In this document: positions 9,986-20,838 of the stretch, piece by piece
How the letters are laid out: the number at the start of each line of letters is the position of its first letter
How positions within the stretch are numbered: the stretch's first letter is position 1
NCBI GenBank assembly: GCA_965240325.2
Contig: OZ251222.1
Location: 1,364,001 to 1,428,000 of the forward strand
Source of the DNA: Rebecca billardiae RCC1528
Taxonomy: Eukaryota; Protista; Haptophyta
Reading direction: 5' to 3'
DNA length: 64,000 nt
The notes under the pieces: model-generated
What the model saw: only the letters and a program-made list of their open reading frames with translations
What the model was told of the DNA's origin: nothing
Database searches by the model: none
Translations under genes and position numbers: made by a program

Positions 9986-12490
9986 TTGGACATGATGAGA
10001 AAGTTGAGAGACCCACGATGGCTGGCGCCGCGCCGGCCGTGGACTTCGGGCATGCGACGCACGCTGTGGCTGTGGCTGTGGTTCGTTCTGCGCGCCACCC
10101 ACGCCGGAGGGCGCCCAGGAGCTGCGAATTCGATAGCCGTCGTCATCGTGATGGCAGACACGCGGCCCTGCGTGCCAGATGCGCACGCGAGCGAGCCGAG
10201 CCCGCTCGCGCTCACCACGGCCGTGAACGCGCAGTTTGCGCGCGCGCGCGGGTACGCGTTCGCCTTCGTGCAGCTCCCGTGCATCGTCGACGCGAACGCG
10301 TCCGTTCCCGCGCGCGCTGAGGGTGCCGCGTGCGCCGGCTGCGCACACGCGCGCTGGGGCCTCCGCCACCCCTCGTGGTGCAAGCTGCTCGCCCTCTGGC
10401 ACGCCCTCACCGCGCTCGGGCCTGCCGAGCCCGAGGTGGCGGTGTACGTGGAGTCCGACGTGTACTTCCGGGACGCGCGCATCCCGATCGACTGGGCCCT
10501 CAGTCGCGCGCGCGCGCAGAACCCCAACGCCTCCCTCGTGCTCTTCGGCACCCGCCCCACGGCCGCGCGCGCCGCGGCGGCTGACTCTGGAGTCGTCATC
10601 GTACGCAACGTGGTGCGCGCGCGGCGCGTGCTCGCGGACTGGTGGGCGGACGCGCGCGGCGCGTTCGTCGCGTACAACATGCGCCCCGACTTCGAGCGGC
10701 GCGCACTCACGCGCCGCGTGCTGCGCCGCCACGCCTCGAGCATCGCGCTGCTGCACGGCTCGGAGCCGAGGGCGGGCGAGTGCGCGCTGCTTGACCACTG
10801 CGCGTCCGACCGCCGAGCTGAGCTGGCACCGCGCGCGCGGCGGGTGCTCGAGGCGAGCGGCGCGGGGCTGCTCACGCGTGAGTCGTTCGAGCGGCCGCTC
10901 GGCGCCATGCCCGTCGTCGCCGCGAGCGGCCCGGGCAAGCTGTCGATCCTGCCGCTGCGCGAGGCGGCGGCAGTGCGGCCTGGGCTGCGCGCGACCGTCA
11001 GCGTGCTGCGCGGCACGCGTTGGGAGGGCTGGCCGACGCGGCGCCGCGCGAGGCCGCACGGCATGGGCGCGCGCGCGGGCGTCTCCGCTGCTCCGCCGAG
11101 GCCGCGGCTCGGCCCAGAGCCCAGCCTCGACGACGCCGGCGCCTTGACCTCCGCCGCTGCGCCCTCCGCCGCCGCAGCGGCCGCCGCGGCGGCGTCAGGC
11201 GGCGGCGCGGGCGCCACTCTTAGAGCCCACGCTAGCAGTCTCACTCACGCTGGTGTCACCCACGCCCGCGCGCTGCAGCTGCCGTGGGATGTGAAGCTGA
11301 TCTCACTGCCCCCGACGCCGGCCGACGGCGGTCGGCGCCGCGCGGCGGCCCTGGCGCGGGCGCACGCCGCCGGGCTCGCGGAAGTGCGCGCGCTGGACGC
11401 ATTGGACGCGCGCAACACGTCCGCTGTAGAGCGCTGGCTGCGCGCCGCCGCGCCCAGCGAGGCCGAGCCGAGCGAGCCGCACGGCGCGGAGGCACCGAGG
11501 CCGGCTGACGCGCTTGACCCGACGTTCTCGCACCTGGCCTGCGCCGAGCAGCGCTTCCTCGCGCGCAAGAAGGTGGCGGTGTGGGCCTCGCACGTGCGTG
11601 CGCTCCGCGAGCTCGCCGCCGCGCGCCGCCCATGGCTGCTGCTTGAAGAGGACTTCACGTTCGTGCCCAACGCGACGGCATTTGGCGGCGCGGCGCGGGC
11701 GTTGCTCCGCGCGCTGGGCGACGGCGGCACGCGCGCGCCGAGGCGGTGGGACCTCGTCTTCCTCGGCAGCTGCCTCGAGAAGATCGGCCGCATCGATCGG
11801 TGCGAGTGCGTGCGCGCGTGCGCCTCGGGGCGCGCCGACGGTGCCCCGCGCCCAGCGCACGGCCGCGTGGCGCCGTCCGAGCGGCTCTGGCTCGCGCGCG
11901 CCGTCTCGCCAGGGTGCACGCACGCGCTCCTCGTGACGCCAGCGGGCGCACGGGAGCTGCTGCCGTGGGTCCTGCGGTGGGGCGCCGCCTACTACAACGC
12001 GACGCTCCGCGCCGCGTCGGACGCGCACCAGCCGCGCCATTGCGGCGCGAGCGCGCTGTGGGCGTACAGCCGCAAGCGTGGCAAGCGCAGCTCGCGGCTT
12101 CTGGGGAGCGGGCATGACCAGGCGCTGCGAGCGGCCATCGCCAGCGGACGCATCGTCGCGCTGGAGGTGTGGCCGCAGCTGATTGGCCAGCGCAAGCATC
12201 TGCAGCACCGGCAGTTCAGCTACAACAACCAGCTGCCACCCGCGTGCTCGCCCACGCTGGCTCAGACGCCGCCGCCAACGCACACGGCTACCGCGAGCGC
12301 GTCTCGCGAGTCACGTACGCAACAGCCATTGGCACCAGCCTCGCTCAGCGCAGCAGCGCGCGTGGGTCCGCTCCGTCCAGACCGTGACGACACGGCCGAC
12401 AGCGGAGCCTCGACATCGACCGCCACTCGCCCACTGCCCGCATGGCTTCTGCAGCCTGGCCGCGTCGTCGTTCTGAGGCCCGAGGCCTGA
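9986..12490 (+). CDS. Two-domain glycosyltransferase (GT34-like N-terminal domain, GT25-like C-terminal domain)
   Basis: N-terminal hydrophobic segment; HPSWCKLLAL and YVESDVYF (GT34-like); LISLP..RRR, SHVRAL, LLLEEDF, WDLVFLG, THALLVTPAGARELL (GT25-like). Confidence 0.65.
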   Translation: MDMMRKLRDPRWLAPRRPWTSGMRRTLWLWLWFVLRATHAGGRPGAANSIAVVIVMADTRPCVPDAHASEPSPLALTTAVNAQFARARGYAFAFVQLPCIVDANASVPARAEGAACAGCAHARWGLRHPSWCKLLALWHALTALGPAEPEVAVYVESDVYFRDARIPIDWALSRARAQNPNASLVLFGTRPTAARAAAADSGVVIVRNVVRARRVLADWWADARGAFVAYNMRPDFERRALTRRVLRRHASSIALLHGSEPRAGECALLDHCASDRRAELAPRARRVLEASGAGLLTRESFERPLGAMPVVAASGPGKLSILPLREAAAVRPGLRATVSVLRGTRWEGWPTRRRARPHGMGARAGVSAAPPRPRLGPEPSLDDAGALTSAAAPSAAAAAAAAASGGGAGATLRAHASSLTHAGVTHARALQLPWDVKLISLPPTPADGGRRRAAALARAHAAGLAEVRALDALDARNTSAVERWLRAAAPSEAEPSEPHGAEAPRPADALDPTFSHLACAEQRFLARKKVAVWASHVRALRELAAARRPWLLLEEDFTFVPNATAFGGAARALLRALGDGGTRAPRRWDLVFLGSCLEKIGRIDRCECVRACASGRADGAPRPAHGRVAPSERLWLARAVSPGCTHALLVTPAGARELLPWVLRWGAAYYNATLRAASDAHQPRHCGASALWAYSRKRGKRSSRLLGSGHDQALRAAIASGRIVALEVWPQLIGQRKHLQHRQFSYNNQLPPACSPTLAQTPPPTHTATASASRESRTQQPLAPASLSAAARVGPLRPDRDDTADSGASTSTATRPLPAWLLQPGRVVVLRPEA

Positions 12491-13120
12491 GCTCATCGAG
12501 CCATGTCTTCGGGTTATCGACAGTCGACAGTCGTCGGCATCGGGCGGGCATTCGGGCTTCAATTATGAGCGCTTACGACTCCGGCTCTCTGAGTTACATG
12601 CTGCCGCCGCGATCGGCGCGATGGCGGCGATCGCCGCGCGATATCGGGCGCGATCGCCGATCGGCGCCGGCGAATCAGCGCCGCCGGGCCGCCGCAGCGG
12701 GCCTCGGGCTCGGACTCGGATGCTGTCTGCTGATCGCGGTTCGAGTCGTCAGAGCCAGACTCGTGAGACTCGTCACGTCAGTCACAGTGAATGATGAGTG
12801 ATTCATCAACTTAGCAGCAAGTGATCTGATGACTTCAATATGACGAGATTTCTGCTTAGGTCCGACTCATCACGATATCATCACGACACTCATTCGTCTA
12901 TCGGATAATTTAAAGACGAGACAGTAGGCACGAGGGCGCGCCGCCGTCTCCTGTCTCTCCTGATTCGTCTGTCGACGAAGTACTGACTTGGAGCGACGGG
13001 GGATGTGAGCGCGTTGGCCGCGGACCGTGAGGTAGTCACTAGTCGTCGCCGCCGATGCTGATCAGTATCACACGGAGGCTGAGTAACACTGATGACACTG
13101 ATGTGCACTCGTCGCTGCTA

Positions 13121-13123
<3 letters not shown>

Positions 13124-13187
<64 letters not shown>
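13124..13187. repeat. (TA)n microsatellite
   Basis: About 64 bp of pure AT alternation. Confidence 0.97.
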
Positions 13188-13189
<2 letters not shown>

Positions 13190-13974
13190 TCGCGAATTCG
13201 TCCGCGAATTATCGTTCGATTTCGTCGACTATTTCGATAGGCGGCTGGCGAGGGCGCGAGGCGCGCGGCCCGCAGCCTGAGGGCGGCAGCCGCTCCTGGG
13301 ACTGCTGACGACACACAGCACAGCCCTGCAGGCTCGGCACTCGATCATGATGGTCTGTCTGCACTCTGCAGCCCCCTGCTCACTGACTCATATGATGATA
13401 GTCAATGTCATGATCGGATCCGGTCGATCCGGAGGCTATACTGCTCTGCTACTTTCAGATCCGCACGGTTCCGCAGCTCAGGGCCGAGTGGCGGCGACAG
13501 ACTCTGGCACGCCCGTGTGGCCAGTGCGGCAGCATGCATGGCACTCGACTCTCTGGAGTGAGACCGGCGGTACTCGGTATCAGAGGCGGTAGAGTGACGT
13601 GTGGAGAGTGCTGTACTGTACTCACTGTACTGCACTCCAGCCGCGCCGACGCCGCCTTCCCGAGCGCAGCTAGTCCTGCCGCCGAGCCCGTTCTGCCTGC
13701 CCGTTACGGCAGCTCCGCACGAGGCACGAGCACAAGCTGAGCCTGTGGCCAGATGACGGGTTAAGGTCGAGGCCGCGCGCTCGAACAGCGTCAGCGTGCA
13801 CGAGGTGACAAGCGTCGCCGTCGGCTGCGCCCGGCACGCGCCCAGCGCCAGCACTTGAGCCTCTGCTGCCGGCAGGGCCGCCGGACAACGACGCGCACGC
13901 TGCGCAGAGCAAGCGGCGTGGCCCCAGCCAGCGCACTCGCCCCGCTGGGTGCCACGCGCCCCCGTCTCGCCCGC

Positions 13975-14949
13975 TCACCGCGAGTTGATCGGCGCGCCCG
14001 ACTCGTCCACGACGTAGTTGGACGGAATGAGGCCAGACTGGTTCCCCAGGCGCGCGCGGAACCAGAGCTCCTCGCCGGGCACCTCGCCCTCGATGATGAG
14101 GAGGTCGCCGGCCTCAAAGGAGAGCTCGTCGTCGTACTGCTTCGCGTACTTCCACAGCGCGCGCACGCGCGAGCCCACGGCGAGTGCGGGCGCGCTCGCG
14201 CCCGTGCGGCCGACGCGCATCACAGGCAGCACGTAGCGGTTGCAAAGGTCCACGAATAGGATTTGCAGCAAATGAATGAGCGCGCGGAGCGCGCCGGCGA
14301 AGACCCACTGCTTCGTGTCGCACGGCCAATCGAGCTCGTGGATCCAGCGGGCGAGCAGGTAGAACGGCGACGCCTCGCCCAGCAGGTTGGTCAAGACCGG
14401 CACAAGCAGGCTGCTCACCACGCGCGCGGCGGCGACGCAGAGCAGCCACAGCGCGAGCTGCGCGGCCCACCACGAGGCCCTGGGGCCGCGCGGTCGCGTG
14501 AGGAGGAGCTCCTGCGACGCTGCATCGTCCGGCTCGTACCGCCCAAAGTGGTGTATCGCGTCCGTCCACTTCGCCACTGCGGCGCTGCGGCCCAGCGTGC
14601 GCGCGAGCAGCGTGAGCAGCAGGCCGAGCAGCACAGCGAGCGGCACCGTGATGATCTCGTCGGCGAGGAAGGTGGGGAAGTACCACGCGAGGGAGTCGAA
14701 CTTGTGCGACGTCGCCGCATTTCGCATCGTGTTCAGCACGCTAATCAGCCACGCCATCCCCTGGCCGAGCGCAATCTTTGCGAGGTCGAGGAAGAAGACC
14801 GTCGCCGTGCGCTGTGCGGATTTGCAGAAGTAGCGCAGGCCCCAAAAGGCGATGTACGAGGCGAAGGCGCCAGCAGCCATCGAACCGACGATGAGCATGC
14901 CCGTGCGCCCCTCGAACACGCCGCACCCATCGTCCGCAAAGTAGTCCAT
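13975..14949 (-). CDS. STIMATE/TMEM110-like multi-pass membrane protein with a C-terminal SH3 domain
   Basis: FLDLAKI, WYFPTFLAD, FGRY, WWAAQLALW pattern. SH3 motifs: ALWKY..DDELSFEAGD..W....GLIPSNYV. Confidence 0.75.
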   Translation of the reverse strand: MDYFADDGCGVFEGRTGMLIVGSMAAGAFASYIAFWGLRYFCKSAQRTATVFFLDLAKIALGQGMAWLISVLNTMRNAATSHKFDSLAWYFPTFLADEIITVPLAVLLGLLLTLLARTLGRSAAVAKWTDAIHHFGRYEPDDAASQELLLTRPRGPRASWWAAQLALWLLCVAAARVVSSLLVPVLTNLLGEASPFYLLARWIHELDWPCDTKQWVFAGALRALIHLLQILFVDLCNRYVLPVMRVGRTGASAPALAVGSRVRALWKYAKQYDDELSFEAGDLLIIEGEVPGEELWFRARLGNQSGLIPSNYVVDESGAPINSR

Positions 14950-15653
14950 CCCGACCGGCGGCGTGGCCAGCCGCGGCGCCCTGCGATGAGCGTGCCAAAA
15001 CTCGTTCAGGCGAGGCGGCTGCCCAACGCCAAAACTTTCAAGCGGCTTTGATCCGGACTCCGGACACAGCTTCTCAGGCGACAGGCAGTCTCAGGTACCG
15101 CGCGTCCGCGCCCCGCCCGGGCCCGGGCCGGATTCACCGGCTTCCGGTACATCTCCGCCGCGGGCGCGGCGTGGCACTCACGCCACTAACACCTTCCTCG
15201 ACGTTCTTGGGGTGCTCCTCTCGACGAGGCGCTTCGGGCAGGCCAGCAGCTACTGTAGGCAACTCGGATCGCGACCCCTGCACTATTATTATATAAGAAG
15301 GGGAATTTAATTAACTGACTCAGCTGACGACAACGGTCCTCGGCAGTCGGCAACAGTGCGTGTGCTGTAGCCACAGCCCACAGCCGCAGCACCGTCGGCG
15401 GTGAAGAATCACAGTGATGAAGGTGTCGCGGACGCTCACGCGGTGCCGCCGCGCACGTCCACGATGCGGCCTGCGCGCACCCGACTCGGCAGCGGAGTGA
15501 CGGGCCAACTCCCGCCTACAGCCTGGCCTAAATAAGATTATTAAGATACTAAATATTAGCAGCCATGCCTAGTGACTGTCAGGGTCAGTGACAGGGCATC
15601 CGGCCTCCGCGGGAGTGGATTTTCATTTATGACGCCGGGCGGCTAACTCAGTA

Positions 15654-15710
15654 CAGTTTACTAAGAATAAGAGACGCACACAGCTCAGGCAGGCGAGATT
15701 GACGCCCGTA
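15654..15710. repeat. Solo Tc1/mariner-like TIR (TA|CAGTTT...GAGACGCACACAGCTC)
   Basis: Matches the TIRs at 20010 and (reverse complement) 32283-32364; a degenerate copy lies near 17535-17566. Confidence 0.6.
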
Positions 15711-16109
15711 TCGATCGGATGATGCGGCTCACGGCCACTACTGCCGCGGTCGCAAACGGTGCCGCGCACCGCGTGATCGTCATCAAACTGCAGGCTGCCT
15801 GTGTGCTGCCTGCTGGGCGCTGCCGCTCACCCGCTGGCCTGGTGCCAGCACGCCCAGCAGGCGGCAGCATCGCTAATCAGACATCAGTCTGGAATGAATA
15901 TGATTATTCACGCAGGACGCGCGCGTCGGACGAGGCGTGATCGGGCGGCCGGGCCGCCGTAGACGTCTCAGACCTCGCCCAATTCATCCCCGGGCGCGAG
16001 GCGAGCATGGTGCTAGTGGGCACGTGGAGAGCGCGCTCCGGCGAGCCCGATGCCGATGCGGCGGCGGCATCCCTCAGCGCTCACGTGATCACCATCCTAG
16101 TGTGTGCCG

Positions 16110-17441
16110 TCACCGCGTGTCCAGCCGTGCAAGTTCGCCTTCGAAGCGCATGGCGATGCACAGATTCAGGTTGTACTCCCGCGTTTGCGCGTGAGGGATC
16201 GGGGGCACGGCGCCGCGGGGCGCCCAGCCGTTGGCGCGCCCGCCGCACGTGAGTGCGAGGCCGAGCTTCGCGCTCGCGCACGTCTGCAGGGCGAATGCGT
16301 GGATGCCAAGCGATACGCTGCTGACGGGTGCCCAGCGGCGCGTGCACGCGTCAAAGGCGCGCACGTCAGAGAAGATGCGCTTCGACACGCGCGTGCCCTC
16401 GCCTCGCCTCGCACGCACGCGTATGCGCGAGACGCCGCCGATGTTGATCTGGTAGCGACCACCGGCCGCGCTCACCAGCCCTGCCGCATCGCGCGGCCGG
16501 TTGTAGCTCTTGTTGGCGTCCAGCCCGGAGTACGAGTTGGCGTAGACGTACCAGCCGCGGCCATCAGCGCTGGGCGCGTGCGAGCCGTCGGCGTGCAGGT
16601 CGTGCGCGTACATGAACGGCGAGTACCCCCAGTAGGGCGAGGTGCGGTAATTGAAGACGAGAATGCGCGCTGGGTCGGCCGGCGCACACAGGCCCGGCGG
16701 CAGCAGTGCCGCGTTCGTGTGGTCGAGGCCGGTGGGCAGCTTGCCGAAGGGCTGGTGCCAGCGCTCGCGCACGCGGTCGTAGCACGCCACCGTGTCCAGG
16801 TGCACGCCGCCGTCGTGCGGGCCGTCCGTGCCGCCGAACGAGCACACGTGCGCGGGCGTGCCAGGGCCGTCGATCTCGAGCGCAAGCGCCGCGCATGCGC
16901 CGCCCGCGCGCAGCAGCCGCGGGCCGAGCCGCACGTGCAGCGTGCTCAGGTCGACGATGCGCGCGTAGTTCGTCGAGACCTCGTGATTGATCATGTTGCC
17001 GTGGAAGCCACACGGCAGCCAAGCCTCTAGCTCGTCGGCGCTCTGTGCGCCGAGCTTGGGCACAATCACAGAGTAGACGTGATTCAGGTCGCCCAGCGGG
17101 CGTCCGTCGGGGTCGTGGCCGCTGGCCTCGACGAGGCGCCGCTCGCCCGTGAGGAGATCGACCGTCTCGACCGATCGCGCCCAGCGCCCCAGGAGATTGA
17201 CCACCGTGCGCTCGCCCAAGACACGGCAGTCATGGTTGCGCCGGGGCTGCTGCAGCGGCGCGTCCAGCGCCCAGGTGCCCACACGCGCGCACACGCTCCG
17301 CTGCGGCGTCTTGGTCACCGTCGTGCCCGCATTCACATAGGCTGATGCGTTGCACGCCGACGCGTCGGCCGCGCTCATCAAGCGCACACAGGCCCACGCC
17401 GCCAGGAGCGCGAGCTGGATCCGCCGCAGCTCAGTGCCCAT
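16110..17441 (-). CDS. Secreted kelch-repeat beta-propeller protein
   Basis: Signal peptide MGTELRRIQLALLAAWAC; kelch units FGGTDG..VACYDRVRERW, IGGV..VRAFDACTRRW, CGG. Confidence 0.75.
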   Translation of the reverse strand: MGTELRRIQLALLAAWACVRLMSAADASACNASAYVNAGTTVTKTPQRSVCARVGTWALDAPLQQPRRNHDCRVLGERTVVNLLGRWARSVETVDLLTGERRLVEASGHDPDGRPLGDLNHVYSVIVPKLGAQSADELEAWLPCGFHGNMINHEVSTNYARIVDLSTLHVRLGPRLLRAGGACAALALEIDGPGTPAHVCSFGGTDGPHDGGVHLDTVACYDRVRERWHQPFGKLPTGLDHTNAALLPPGLCAPADPARILVFNYRTSPYWGYSPFMYAHDLHADGSHAPSADGRGWYVYANSYSGLDANKSYNRPRDAAGLVSAAGGRYQINIGGVSRIRVRARRGEGTRVSKRIFSDVRAFDACTRRWAPVSSVSLGIHAFALQTCASAKLGLALTCGGRANGWAPRGAVPPIPHAQTREYNLNLCIAMRFEGELARLDTR

Positions 17442-17585
17442 GATGCGCGTGGTCGGGTGGTCCTTTGTGAGCAAGCTCACGGAGCAGCTCGCCGCGCGCC
17501 ATACACTATTTCCGGGCTGACGAAATCGATTAGCACAGTTTACAGCTAAGAATACGGGAGACGCACATCCAGGGTAGGGCTGGAG

Positions 17586-18705
17586 CAAGGGTAGTTAAGG
17601 GTGAGCAACTCCGCTGGCGACAGCCGCGAAGGTCGGCAGGCGGCAGCCCTCTGTTTGCCGCGAGCGGAGCGGAGCGAGTGCTATCAGCGGCGGAGGGCGC
17701 TGAGGCCGCGCACGGCGTGAGGCGCGGCGTCGGCCGAGTCGGTCCGCGGAGGATGCGCGGCGCTCGGCCCGCTGCGCAGCGGCAGTGCGCCTCACTTTGC
17801 CCCGAGCGCCGTCCTCCGCGTCGCCTCCTTCCCGCCTTGGAGCAGCACGCATGTGCGCGCCGCCACCTTGAAGGCGGCACGGGCTTGCTCAGACGACCGC
17901 GCGCGCGTGGCGCGCGACTTGGTCGGCTGCGCGCGCGCGCCGCCGCGGTGCAAGGTAGCGCCGCCGCATGCGCGCGCCGTGCCAGCGCGAGAGCGTGTGC
18001 GCGGACCTGAGTGCGACCTCACACACATGTCGAATGCTGCTTGGCATCCGACTTGCGGACTGACGGGAAGCTGGAAAAGACAGCGGCGTGAGTGTTGGTA
18101 CCATCGATGCGGAGCCTTAGCGTCCACTTGCATTCGTGCTGAGAAGGAATAGACAAGACTAGGCCTTCGTCCTGGGTATCCAATGTCACTCAACACCTCG
18201 CTGATCGACCCGACGAGTGCCAGCGTGAGGCACAGCAAATCATTCGTGAGAGCAAGCAGACAAGCGAGCACTACGCTCATGAGATGGCCGTGAGCAAAGG
18301 CTCGCGCGGGCACGGCGCGCGCATGCGGCGGCGCTACCTTGCACCGCGGCGGCGCGCGCGCGCAGCCGACCAAGTCGCGCGCCACGCGCGCGCGGTCGTC
18401 TGAGCAAGCCCGTGCCGCCTTCAAGGTGGCGGCGCGCACATGCGTGCTGCTCCAAGGCGGGAAGGAGGCGACGCGGAGGACGGCGCTCGGGGCAAAGTGA
18501 GGCGCACTGCCGCTGCGCAGCGGGCCGAGCGCCGCGCATCCTCCGCGGACCGACTCGGCCGACGCCGCGCCTCACGCCGTGCGCGGCCTCAGCGCCCTCC
18601 GCCGCTGATAGCACTCGCTCCGCTCCGCTCGCGGCAAACAGAGGGCTGCCGACCTTCGCGGCTGTCGCCAGGCGCCAGCGGAGTTGCTCACCCTTACTAC
18701 CCTTG
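17586..18705. mobile_element. Foldback element, P/Galileo-like, non-autonomous
   Basis: ~400-bp near-perfect inverted arms, CAAGGG...CCCTTG termini, 7-bp TSD GCTGGAG (17579-17585 and 18706-18712). Confidence 0.85.
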
Positions 18706-18724
18706 GCTGGAGGCTTGGCCGCCA

Positions 18725-18827
18725 GTGGGCGCACGGTCGGACTCGGCAAGTTGGCACGCCCTCCGCACTGGGGCGTCCCAACTTTCCGGAGGGCGTGCCA
18801 ACTTGCCGAGTCCGACCGTGCGCCCAC
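18725..18827. repeat. Perfect 41-bp inverted repeat with a 21-nt spacer
   Basis: 18725-18765 is the exact reverse complement of 18787-18827. Confidence 0.9.
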
Positions 18828-18920
18828 CGCCAGCCTGATCACCCGGAGCCCGTTATAAAGGGGAATTTTAAAAAACAGCTCAGGCAGGCTCCCGAGATAC
18901 GGCCCTTGGTCGCGGGCACG

Positions 18921-19655
18921 ATGCTTGCTCTCATCACCGCCGCTCTGGCGAGCACGTCGGTCGACCTCTCCGCGTTCCGCGCCTCGGCTTTCGGCTCGCT
19001 GCGCTCTGACCTGCTCTCGTCTGCCGCGACTGGCCGTGTGCGCTCCCTGGAGGTGCAGCTGCAAGATGCGACGATGGACCTCGCGGCCATGCGTGGCGAG
19101 CGCGACGAGCTCGCGTCCGAGCTCGAGGCGTCGCGCGGCCGCCTCGAGGCTGAGCAGGCCAAGCACGCGAAGGCTGACGAGATTCAGGCGAGGCTGAAGC
19201 AGCAGTGCTCCACGCTCGCTTCGGAGCTCGAGATCGCGCAGGACCAGGTGGAGCACCTGAACCTCGAGCTGGCCAAGGCGCGCGCCGCGTCGGCGGAGAA
19301 GGACGCGCGCGTCGAGCAGCTGCAGCGCGATGTCGACAGCGTCGTCACGGAGAAGCGGCGGTCCGAGGTGCAGCTCACCCAGGCCGATGCCGCCGCCGAC
19401 GACCTGCGCGCGCGCGTGCGCAACCTTGAGGACGAGCTGCACACGCTGGAGCGGGAGAAGGCCGAGCACATCGCGTCGGCCGGCAGCAGCAACTCGGAGC
19501 TGCAGAAGCAGCTGGACAAGAGCGTCCACATGCAGGAGATGCTCAAGAAGCAGTGCTCCACGCTGGCGTCAGAGCTCGAGCTGGCGATCGACGAGGCGGA
19601 ACACCTGCGCGAGCAGCTAAGCTCGGCCCAGGCGTCGCGACCAGGCCCGGCGTAG
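18921..19655 (+). CDS. Coiled-coil protein with a signal or bipartite targeting peptide
   Basis: MLALITAALAS signal, ASAF motif, heptad repeats, internal repeat LK(Q/K)QCSTLASELE. Confidence 0.75.
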   Translation: MLALITAALASTSVDLSAFRASAFGSLRSDLLSSAATGRVRSLEVQLQDATMDLAAMRGERDELASELEASRGRLEAEQAKHAKADEIQARLKQQCSTLASELEIAQDQVEHLNLELAKARAASAEKDARVEQLQRDVDSVVTEKRRSEVQLTQADAAADDLRARVRNLEDELHTLEREKAEHIASAGSSNSELQKQLDKSVHMQEMLKKQCSTLASELELAIDEAEHLREQLSSAQASRPGPA

Positions 19656-20353
19656 GCTCCGACTCTCTCAGTACTCGACCAGGTTGCCATCGGGCCACCG
19701 TTGCTGCGTGCCCGCTTGACGCTGTGACGGATGCTGCCTGTAGTCAAAAGCGCGGCGCGTCAGATTTCTGATTTCAGTGTAGTTATTAGGACAGTCATGA
19801 TGAGTCATAAGAACGCGGTACCGCGTAGTGCCGCCCGTAACCGTTACTCAGGCGTTTCACTCCGGGGCCCTGAGCACGCGATGTGAAGGTTGGACGCCGT
19901 TAGCCGTGAAAGGCGGAACTACCCGCCGTAACCGGTAACGCCGCGGACGGCTCTCTCACTCTTTTAGTCTCGCCGAATAAGTATTAAAGCTAGTCATAGC
20001 CACCGATTACAGTTTCCAATAACGGAATAATTGAGACGCACACAGCTCGTCAGGCAGGCGAGATTGACGCCCGCCAAGTGAGTCCAACTGTCACCGCCCA
20101 TGTGAAGGCTGTCGCGCCCCGTTGATTGACACTACTGATGGTAGCGCCGTCGGAAAATTCGTTCAGCCGTCCGCGCCTGCGAGGCCTGGATGAGGGCTGC
20201 GGCCGCCTCACGGCGCGCCAGCGCGGCCCGTCGCGTCCTTACGCCCCACCGTCGTCCACAAAACGTCGTCGTCCGACACCACAGTACACGATGGGCCCGA
20301 TGGCGATTACCGGTGGAAAGTTCATAAGTTGGCTACTGGCCTACTGCAGCATA

Positions 20354-20498
20354 CTGGCGTGCTCTCGCGTCTGAGGTCTGTGGGTTCAAACCAGTTTCCA
20401 CTCATCCATGATCCAGGTCTCTCTTCGGAGAGCGTGCGATGAAGGATGGCGCGGCAACCTGCCACCGTGAGCCTTACGCACATTAAAACAAATAACTG
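20354..20498 (+). mobile_element. Short SINE-like element, copy 1
   Basis: B-box-like GGTTCAAACC, CTCTC-TTCG-GAGAG hairpin, A-rich end; three copies in the window. Confidence 0.6.
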
Positions 20499-20666
20499 TA
20501 TCAGCATAACTACCTACTGATTACTATAGCTAGGCATCCGCGAGGCGTGGATGACCGATGAGGGCTGCGATACTGTACCCCATACGGGCGTCAATCTCGC
20601 CTGCCTGAGCCAAGGGCCCTTGCCTGAGCTGTGTGCGTCTCATATATTCTTATTAGCAAAGGAGTA

Positions 20667-20799
20667 CTGGCGTGCTCTTGCGTCTGAGGTCATGGGTTCA
20701 AACCCCCAGTTTCCAGGTCTCTCTTCGGAGAGCGTGCGATGAAGGATGGCGCGGCAACCTGCCACCGTGAGCCTTACGCACGTTAAAACAAATAAACTG
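20667..20799 (+). mobile_element. Short SINE-like element, copy 2
   Basis: Absent from the paralogous site 32351-32370 (empty site TAGCAAACTGTACG). Confidence 0.7.
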
Positions 20800-20838
20800 T
20801 ACGACCACCCTTGCCCATACTCCGGAGCCTGTCCTGGC

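Larger units (their letters stand above)
20010..20799. mobile_element. Tc1/mariner-like MITE with nested small elements
   Basis: TA|CAGTTT...GAGACGCAC left TIR and GTGCGTCTC...AAACTG|TA right TIR; an uninterrupted right TIR is at 32325-32364. Confidence 0.65.

Noticed and set aside
13055-13314. Short ORFs with YIYIYI runs (also 49068-49301)
   Set aside because: Translations of TA microsatellites.
17990-18300. Transposase or Fanzor/TnpB remnant in the foldback spacer (also 59145-59685)
   Set aside because: No DDE, RuvC, zinc-finger or RT motif could be recognised, and the plausible coding frames are short or interrupted by stops.
20354-20410. tRNA gene
   Set aside because: Only a T-arm/B-box-like part is present, with no complete cloverleaf or acceptor stem.
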